NCBI RefSeq assembly: GCF_006345805.1
Contig: NC_043007.1
Coordinates: 42,594,001-42,658,000, forward strand
DNA from: Octopus sinensis
Taxonomy: Eukaryota
Length of the DNA stretch: 64,000 nucleotides
Direction: 5' to 3'
Within the stretch, counting starts at the first letter, position 1; each line of letters opens with the position of its first letter. Both the position numbers and the translations under genes were made by a program. The notes under the pieces were generated by a model. The model had not been told where the DNA came from. It was given only the letters and a program-made list of their open reading frames with translations, and did not search any database. Positions 54,197 through 64,000 of this stretch are shown here, one piece after another.

Positions 54197-54252
<56 letters not shown>

Positions 54253-54502
54253 TTTTATTTATACATATATATATATTTATTTATACATATATATTTATTT
54301 ATACATATATATTATTTATTTATACATATATATTTTATTTATATATACATTTATATATTTATATTTATATTTATATATCATATCTATATATATATTTATA
54401 TTTATTTATATATACATATTTATATTTATATACATATATATATTTATTTATATATACATATATATATTTATTTATATATACATATATATATTTATTTATA
54501 TA

Positions 54503-54875
54503 CTAGCAGTATCGCCCGGCATTGCTCGGGTTTGTAAGGGAAATAACTATAAAGCATTTTTAGAGAGTTATAGCCAAAAAATGGAAAAAAATGATGGTAA
54601 ATTTTTTTTTGAGATTAAAAAAGGTGGAGTTGCGTCCCCTAGACAGTTTGTGGTTCCTGTTTCTGATTCTCGACCCCATGTCGAATTTATCGATTTTTTT
54701 CAGAACTGGGGAAACTTTTCAAAATTTTCGCTGCGTTAGTTTTGAATTATGACATTGGGCTATGTGTGTGTTAAGTTTCATCAGAATCGGTTGAAAGCCG
54801 TGGTCAGGGTGAGGGTACAAGCAAACAGACACACAGAAACACGCACAGACAAACTGCCGTTTATATAGCAAGAGA
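54503..54875 (-). mobile_element. Non-autonomous Helitron (373 bp)
   Basis: Minus strand A|TCTCTTGCTATATAAACGGCAG... hairpin CCCGAGCAATGCCGGG ...CTAG|T, inside a TA-rich array. Confidence 0.8.
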
Positions 54876-56285
54876 TACATATATATATTTTTTTATATAT
54901 ACACATATATATATATTTATTTATATATACATATATATATATTATTTATATATACAATATATATATATATTTTATATATACATATATATATTTTATTTAT
55001 ATATACATATATATATATATATTTATTTATATATACATATATATATATTTATTTATATATACATATATATATATATATATTTATTTATATATACATATAT
55101 ATATATATTTATTTATTATACATATATATATTTTATTTATATATACATATATATATATTTATTTATACATATTTTTTTTAATTATTACATATAATATATA
55201 TTCATTTATATATATTTATTTATATATATATTTATCTACATATATATATATAATATCATTTATATATACATATATATATATTTATTTATATATATATATA
55301 TATTTATTTACATACATATATTTTATTTAATATCATATACATATATTTATTTACATATACATATATTTATTTACATATACATATATATATTTATTTACAT
55401 ATATATATATATTTATTTACATATACATATATATATTTATTTACATATACATATATATATTTATTTACATATATATATATATATTTATTTACATATAAAT
55501 AAAATCAACAACATAAAACACTCATATATACATGCATATATATATATATATATATATATATCATCATCATCGTTTAACGTCCGTTCTCCATGCTAGCATA
55601 TATATATTTATTTACATATACATATATATATTATTTACATATACATATATTTTTTTACGTATATATATTATATATTATATTTTTATTTATATATATATAT
55701 ATTTTTATTTACATATACATATATTTATTTACATATATATATATATTTTTATTTACATATACATATATTATTTACATATATATATATATTTATTACATAT
55801 ACATTATTGTTTTAGATATATATATTTTTATTTATATATATTTTTATTTATATATATTTTTATTTATATATATATATTTTATATATACTCTTTTACTCTT
55901 TTACTTGTTATATATACATATATTTTTATTTATATATATATATACATATAATTTATTTATATATACATATATATTTATAATTATATATATATACATATAT
56001 ATATAATTATATATATATATATCTATATATATAATTAATATATATATTACATTATATATAATTATATATATTATATACATATATATATAATTATATATAT
56101 AATATACATATATTATAATTATATATATATATATACATATATATATAATTATATATATATTATATATACATATATATATATTATATATATACATATTTGT
56201 TTATTTATATATATGATTTATATATATATATTTATTTATATATATATATATTATTTATGTTATATATATATTTGTGTATATATAT
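54876..56285. repeat. Degenerate TA/TTTA array
   Basis: AT-only low complexity, with one short family C tail at about 55560-55600. Confidence 0.95.
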
Positions 56286-57512
56286 AGAGAGAGAGGGGGT
56301 GAAAGAGAGAGAGAGAGACGAGATGAGATATCACAGGTGAAAAGAATGAGAAAAGAAAGTGAAAAAAGGGGAAAGAAAAGGAAAGGGTATAATTTGTTTA
56401 ACAGAGAAGGGTGGGACATGGAAGAGAAAAAGAAGGAGGGAGAAATAGACGTGATCGCAATATAAAGAGAAGGGAAAAGAGGGAGAAAAGAAAGGGAAAA
56501 TATCCTGAAGCCGAGAAAAAAAGAATTACAAGTAATTATCAAACAGGTAAACGGAAGGAATTAGGAATAACAGTTTATTTATCTGTTGCCTAATTAAATA
56601 CACACTCCCATCAGTATCATCGCCATCCTCAAAAGTATATTTCACTTTATAAGCAAGACACTTGTCTTTATTAGCTTCGCCCTCTTCTATCTTCTTCACC
56701 ATCATCAACAAGCATCAGTTATTGCCTTCTTGTTCTCATTTCCATCGGCTGAAAAGCTTGAACATCACTACCCTGCCAAGGCGAGATGACTGTAAAAAAA
56801 GAGTGTGTGTGTGTGTGTGTGTGTTCATAGCGATAATTCTAGTACAGATGAAGACTTAATAGTAGTCTGCTCTATTCGGTGAGTCAGTCTCACGGTTCGA
56901 ATCCCGCTTTACTTTTCATTCAGCAAAAGTGGGAGGATGAGGAAACCGATGAAATAGGTACCAGTGGTACACTGAGGTCAATTCAATCAACACGATTCTA
57001 TAAAATCAGCTCTGTACATCGTCATGTTGAAATCGATTATAAACCGTCATAGTTACTACTACTAATACGACGTCGACGATGAAGAGGAGTCATTAAAATA
57101 CAAAAATTGGCTTTATGCATTACAAACAAGTAATTATTGATGGTTTAATATAATACTAGTGGTTTACTGAACCTTTCCAGTTCCAAGACAAAATTTTGTC
57201 GATGTTCGAGGCTAAACCTAACCCTTTCAAGAATAGGGTCGATAAATAAACATACTAGTCATATATACCCTTGTCAATTACCTCAGAAATGCTCTTCTAC
57301 TTCAACACATGGTCTTGTATTGTTATTCTTATAGTCATTATTATTCAATTCGAAACTAAAGGGAAAAAAGCCCATGAAGAATGGCTGTAATTTTAAAATT
57401 AAATAACAGCAACACTTCGAGGTTTTTCTTTGGTGAGTTAATAGAACGAGTTGGTTATCTTGAGGTCCAGGAAATGTCACCTGGAATCTGTAAGAGGGAG
57501 GCGATATGAATG

Positions 57513-57566
<54 letters not shown>

Positions 57567-58830
57567 TATATGTGTTACATACGAAACCCGATGAATCTAG
57601 TGGTCTGCGTCGGCAAAATTATAGGATATACGAGTGATATGTTTACATATACGATATACGGAAATGTATATAATAATATATGTATATGTGATACGTGATG
57701 AAACATGATATATGGTTACTGTCTATAATAATGTGTGTGTGATGTGAATGAATGCATATGATATGATGGCGTAATTAGTTGAATATTTTGTGTACATATT
57801 AAATATTTGGGACATATACAGATAATTTGTTGTTTCTGTTATTAAGTCCCCGATCAAAACTTTGAAGGTTCAAATCCCTATCTTCGCTAATTCCTTTCTT
57901 GCATTATTCACATAACAAAAATACAAAAACTCCCTACCACAAATATCAAACACAGTCGGATTGTCACTGTGTTGAGGGTTGTTTTTCAGGTTTTTTTTTT
58001 ACAATATCTATAGTAACATAGATATTAATGTTCCCTGATGTGCATAGTCGTACATCTCGTCTAATGGAAATTAAAAGATTAATAACAATATCGTTATTTT
58101 CCACTACGGCTATACGCAAAATACAATCTATTTATAATAACAACAACAATAATCGTTTATTTGCCACAAGGGTGACAGATGTGAGGACATTACAAAAGGA
58201 TAATAATGATGATGATTTCGTACATTGGCACAAGGCCACAAATTGAAGAAAGGGAACTGATTATATCGACCCAATTTTCAACTGGTAACAATAAGTATTT
58301 GGGAACGAACATTTGTCCGGATCAGAGTACTTACTTATTGGGTTTGGGGATGCTTTGATCTTCCTCTGAGTTGTTGTATCCCTCATGAGGGATGTTATTT
58401 ATACACAAGTATACATACTGTTTTGTAATTTATTAATCTAAATTGCTATTATTTTGTAAAGTATGGATTTTAAGATAAACTATATTGTAACGTTTGTGTC
58501 CTTCTGTGGCAAAATAGAGTTTCTATCATTATTATTGTTGTTGTTCTGTTATCATAAGGTTTATATCAATTTATCGCTATCATCTCATTCATAGAGTATT
58601 AAAAAAAACACCCCTACCTAGCTTCATCCGTACTAGGTTTTACAGCATTATACACACACTCCATAATCCTAATCGAACTACCTCTATCGTTGGACAGTGC
58701 GACTTGCAGAAGGAAATTCCCCTAGTTGCCGTTGTTGATGTTTCTCTCAAGAAATACACATATGTAATACATATTACACACCCACATACACAGCTAGGGC
58801 GGGATATCGAAGATGGGCATATATACTCAC

Positions 58831-58860
58831 CACAAAGCTCCATAATCCTGCAGTTCATTG
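58831..58860 (-). other. Candidate 30-nt microexon of an unidentified transcript
   Basis: actttcttctacccag|CAATGAACTGCAGGATTATGGAGCTTTGTG|gtgagt: polypyrimidine AG plus consensus donor, length a multiple of 3. No recognisable protein. Confidence 0.3.
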
Positions 58861-61189
58861 CTGGGTAGAAGAAAGTCTGTACAACATATGTAAGAGATCC
58901 TGAGTAAATGTCTCCTGTCTAACCAGGTAAGCGCCTGAACGCAACACACTCACACCTTTATCACACTCTTTCTCTTATTCTGCCTCTTTCTCTTATTCTG
59001 CCCCTTTCTCTTTATTTCTTAGTGTTTTCCCTCTCCCTCTTCCTCTCAAATTGTGGTTTGCACTTTGCCCTTCCTCTTCCTATCCCTCATACAGTGTAAT
59101 TTCTCACTCGTCTCTCTTTCTTTCTTTTCACTCTTCCTCTCTGTTCGTAATTGTTTTTCGCTTTTCTTTCACTCACTGCACCTCTCTAAGGAATATTCTT
59201 ACTTCTCTTCTATATTTTCTTTCCCTCACTCGCTATCTCTCCCTTGTTTGGTCAATCGGTCTTTCTCGGCCTATTTCATAGACTATTACCAGTCTATGCG
59301 AGAGTCTCTATGCAGTCAAATATAGTAGAAATAACAGCCAAATTTCCTTTTAAAAAAATACATTTTGGACGACGTACATGAAATGAAAGTGGCGATGATT
59401 GTGGCTGGAGCGCCTTTGGTCATAGGTCTGCTCAATGAAGAGTAATTTGGGTTAAATAATCACAACACTTTTTTTTCTTCTTCGCTTATTGGTTCTTTTC
59501 TCTCAATACATCTCTCTCTTACTCTTTCATTTTCCCTCCCTCTAATTCACTCTTTCCCTCCCCCTATATCCAATTCTTTCTCTGTATATTCTGCACCGTT
59601 CTCTCTCTCTCCCTCTCTTTGCCCTCTTTTCCTCCCACGTTCTGTGCTTTCTCACTCACCTCTCTCCATTTCTGTCTCTCCCTCACTCACTAACTTCCTA
59701 TTCGCTCTTCTTATCATTCTGTGTATTTCTACTTTCTATCCATATCGCTTATCTCCACATTCTGTGCCGTTACAGTTCTCTATTTATTCTGCTCTCTTTC
59801 TTTCTCACTTTATCTATCTATCTATCTATCTTTCTGTCTATTTATCTTATTCCTGACGCTTCTCTTACTCTTACCCATTGCGTCCCGCCTGACAGTTTGG
59901 TTATGTCTCTGACGCTCTGTCTCAGCTATCTAATTCGCCCTCTTTGAAAGAGAGAAAGAGCAAGTATGTTTTATATGTGTATCTCAATGTCTCTCGGTCT
60001 CTCGTTTCTCCATTTCCTACTCTCCTTTTTTGCTCCCCTTCAACTCTCTCTCTCTCTCCTCTCCTTTTCTTCTCTCTCTCTAACATATTTCTCTCCCTTG
60101 TATCACGCATTCTTCAGTGCATAGGCTCACCCACTGTCACTTATATTTACGCACACTCTTTCTTATTTGTACTCATAAAACTCTTTCTTTCTCTCTCTTT
60201 TTCTCTCTTTCCTTGTGTACAACACCCCCACAGTACACCGCAAAATAAACGGTCATCGTAAAACAAATGGAAGCACACACATAGTAGAAGATAGATTTGG
60301 CATTGCACTATTTTTGTATGTCAAATTGATTTGTATTTTTTATTTTATTAAAACGAAAATATTTTTAGTTATATTTTTGTTCACAGATTTGGCTATATGT
60401 ATTTATCAAACTTGTTGGCTCCAGACGATCAGGGAGCCAGCGACTTGGTTTCCATTCACAGTTATAAACACGTTTTTCTTTTTCTTTTTTTAGGTGGTCA
60501 GTGTCCTTGGGAAAGGAACCAATATCCTTTTCTCTTACCTGTAAACCTAAGACTTCAAAGTTATCTGAGAAATTCTCAAAGAGGAATGGTACCATTCTCG
60601 CTTATAGAAATGGTCACTTGTGGAACGCTTTTGGTCATACATATGTTCACTTAGGACTGACCAAAAGCAGCATTCAAGGATACTAAAAATACTTGTTGAT
60701 TACAAATGAGATCTGATGTATTTCAGACAAGAAGTCATGATATTTATAGCTTTCCTTAGTGTGTTCACAATATTGTAATACGTTGAGTGGGGATTGAAAC
60801 CCAATGTCAGAATTATTTTTGCAAAAACTTACTGTGCCTGTTGCTTCTTCTCATAAGGCTATGGAAAGATATAGGATGGCAGCAGTTAATTAAACAAAAA
60901 TACAAGCTGGCACATGTGACAAGATTTCTGGCCAACAAACCAACACTCAAGGTTTAAACCTGGCCTGAACTCTCTTACACTACGTTTGGTAAACATAAAA
61001 AAGATGAAAAGGTAGAAATGACCTATGCAGGATTTGAACTTAAAACATTGAAAAGCGTTTAGTCCTGCAAGTCATCATTTCTACTCCATCATTAACTATT
61101 TTGCACATTACCTTTCTTTGGCAACAGAATTAAATCAGAATCAAATACTTGAATTTTTCTAACTTAATGATTCCCTCCAAGGATGATTA

Positions 61190-61410
61190 TATATTTCTTT
61201 ACAACCCACAAGGGGCTAAACATAGAGGGGACTAACAAAGACAGACAAAGGGATTAAGTCGATTACATCGACCCCAGTGTGAAACTGGTACTTAATTTAT
61301 CGACCCTGAAAGGATGAAAGGCAAAGTCAACCTCGGCAGGATTTGAACTCAGAACATTACGGCAGACGAAATACGGCTACGCGTTTCACCCTGCGTGTTA
61401 ACGGTTCTGC
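61190..61410 (-). mobile_element. Family A SINE
   Basis: Reverse complement of 3552-3777. Confidence 0.85.
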
Positions 61411-61589
61411 CAGGATGATTATAGTCTCACTGACATCTGGCTCAGTGTTATCTGAAGCTGTTGAATTAATACATTTAACAGCAGTGGGTGTAAAGGTTAA
61501 TTTATATATCTGCTTAAGTACCTTCAATCTTCTATTGTAAAAAGATAGTCATGGTACAAAGACAACATTCTGCACCTTATGCTATGATA

Positions 61590-62400
61590 TCTGATTGCCA
61601 CGAGGATCTGTTCTTGGTTCTCCATTATTAAGTACATACATTATTTAGTACATACAATGTGAAGAATATTACTGTGTTAAAATATGCAAACAATATTAAA
61701 CTTACCTTGAGATAACAAGAACACATCCTACACACTATCTTTCCTGCAATCTGTCCAAGACAATACAGCAAAAGACAGCTGACTGGCAACTTGGGCTGGC
61801 AATAGACAAGTGTACCACTATACATTTTGAGAGGGAAACTCCAAATTTACCTACTCCTTCCATAACACCAACCTTAAGGAGTCTGCTGGTGAATGTGACC
61901 TAGGCATTATTGCCAACAATGGTCTACATTGGACAAACCACATTCATAAAATGGGCAAACAGGCTGAAAATGTTTTAACACCACTCAGTAAAACCTTTGT
62001 CAGCTACTCAACAGCTATGGTTATGGTGTGTCCATATTCAAAGTTTACATCTCTAGACTGGAACCCCCATCTAGTTCAGAATACTGAGCTGCTGGAAGAT
62101 GTCCAGAAAACTACAACTACACAAATACCCCCTGCCAGTCGCTTACCATATCTTGAATGTATTGCTTCTCTGGGCATTGACACTAAAGTTTTGACATCTT
62201 GTAGATGACTCAATAGAAGCCCACAAGATTATTTCCTATCTTTCCAACAACTTCAGCCACTTTTTTTTAATTCAATAACTCTACAGTCATGGACATGCTT
62301 ATAAGATCAAAAATATTCACAGTACTCTTGTCTTTCGGTAATATATTTTCAAGCTCAGAATTGACAAAGCACAGAATACATTACTCATATCAGTTATTAG
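61590..62400 (+). mobile_element. Highly decayed CR1/L2-type RT C-terminal half
   Basis: LPRGSVLGS (~GVPQGSVLGP), ECDLGII, LDWNPHLVQNTELLEDVQK (~WxPxxxxDIxxLExVQR), with many stops. Confidence 0.65.
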
Positions 62401-62775
62401 CTGTCAGGATACTGCATCTTTCAAAATTTCTATACTTCCTTACATAAACTCCATGCACCCTTTCCTCTTTATGGTTCTTTTATTGTTCCCTTTTCCATTT
62501 TCCTGTGTATTATTCTATATACTATGTATATACTTCTAGCTTTCATTGCTGTCTTTCTTTACTTGAATTATGGTTACTTTCCAGGGAATTATAGTGCACC
62601 TGATCATTGTATACAATCAAACTATTAATATTATTGAGCTCAGATTCTGCCAAGGTTGACTTTGCCTTTCATCATTTCAGGCTCAATAAAATAAGTACCA
62701 GTTGAGCACTGGGGTTCATGTTTTCAATTAGTCCCCTCCCCCATTATTTCATGACTTGTACCTATAGAAAAGAGG

Positions 62776-62809
<34 letters not shown>

Positions 62810-62848
62810 CATTATTATTATTATTATTATATTATTATTATTATTATT

Positions 62849-63405
62849 GAGTGAGAGAGCAGTGCATGCCATGAAAGTTACACTGGGGTAAAATATACGA
62901 AGCCCAGTATACCCATCATGACTACCCGTCTCATAAGGGTACACCAGGCACATACATCACAACCATATGTGCGCGACATGGTGATCTCATATCAAGATAA
63001 ACAGTGCATGACCTTGCAGGTGGGGCCGCCCAGTTAGAATTTTCTTCCGGTCGAGTAGCCCATCCCGCTCAAAAGGTCCCTGAATAAGGATTGTTTAAGG
63101 ATGTTGAACAAACCACCCATGTTTCCAAAGGTGAATTATCCAAACCTCTAAGAATTCCTTTCAACACACGGCTATGATGCTCCCCCACTACTTCTGCTTG
63201 TGATCAGAGATGCACATATCATCAGCCACTAAGGAACATGGTCAACTGGTTACAGTCAAACAACTGACAAGCACATCTGTGGTATTGAGCAGAATATTTG
63301 CTGTAGCTCATCTTTTATACCAAGACAAAACAATGTACATGATAACACTTCCAATCAGTTAAGATCAACAGCCATGTGAGCCACTGCCTGTTACTGCATC
63401 AGGGC

Positions 63406-63406
<1 letters not shown>
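62849..63406 (-). mobile_element. ~560-bp element embedded in a (TAA)n microsatellite, probable non-LTR retrotransposon 3' end
   Basis: Complex, higher-GC sequence with (TTA)n immediately on both sides (62776-62848, 63407-63447). No ORF recognised. Confidence 0.5.
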
Positions 63407-63447
<41 letters not shown>

Positions 63448-63861
63448 CATCATCACTGATTTAAAACAGATCCTCAGCATATTTTGAACCAATGAAGAAC
63501 TCCTTCAGCAGGTGCTCAACCTGCAGGAAATAGCAACCATATTTCCCTCAAATAGTGCCTGGTGTCTTGAAAAAAGAGACATTGACACTATATTTCCAGA
63601 TATACATAGAGATGGGATAGCCAAGGTAAAAGGCCTTTGATCATAGGTTTACTCAATCAGGACTAATCTTGGATTAGACACCAGTTAACAACTAGTATAT
63701 ATGTATGTACACACACACACACCCACACATACACGTACACATACATACACACACACATACATAGACACATACATACACACACACATACACATACATGTAT
63801 ATATGTATATACATATACATTATATATAAATATACATACATATACAAATACATGGCACTCC

Positions 63862-64000
63862 ATTGGTTGCAATGACGAGGGTCCCAGTTGATCCAATCAA
63901 CAGAACAGCCTGCTCATGAAATTAACATGCAAGTGGCTGAGCACTCCACAGACACGTGTACCCTTAATGTAGTTCTTGGGGAGATTCACCATGACACAGA
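63862..64000 (-). mobile_element. Family F SINE 3' part (runs off window)
   Basis: GACGAGGGTCCCAG.TGAT...CTCGTGAAATTAAC.TGCAA.TGGCTGAGCA.TCCACAGACACGTGTACCCTTAA-like sequence matches 27320-27450. Confidence 0.8.

Noticed and set aside
51022-56194. Numerous long YI/YM/VC-rich ORFs (also at 18179-18554, 28855-29291 and 31792-32170)
   Set aside because: Translations of TA/CA microsatellites, which lack stop codons.

Overview
AT-rich, microsatellite- and transposon-saturated animal DNA, most consistent with a coleoid cephalopod (Octopus-like) genome. This is inferred from the recurring tRNA-derived SINEs, RTE/CR1 LINE debris and long (TA)n/(CA)n tracts. There is one 100-N scaffold gap (53874-53973). 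The only well-supported protein-coding feature is the ~2-kb first coding exon of aftiphilin (AFTPH) on the minus strand (exon 5894-7925, CDS 5894-7888, phase-0 GTAAGT donor). I could not place its downstream exons in the window, and its 5' non-coding exon probably lies in a CpG-retaining zone near 25-29 kb. The rest is mostly repeats: several SINE families, an RTE-3'-end-derived family with a variable 62-bp internal minisatellite, decayed RTE and CR1 LINEs, hAT MITEs, non-autonomous Helitrons, an internally deleted mariner, a Tc1 remnant and a (TAA)n-embedded element. The most striking unexplained structure is a ~1.1-kb cassette at 35600-36723: a perfect 196-bp inverted repeat enclosing two identical 174-bp cores at 254-bp spacing and an A-rich tract. 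Most long ORFs in the supplied track are microsatellite artefacts. No CRISPR array, rRNA or true tRNA gene is supported.
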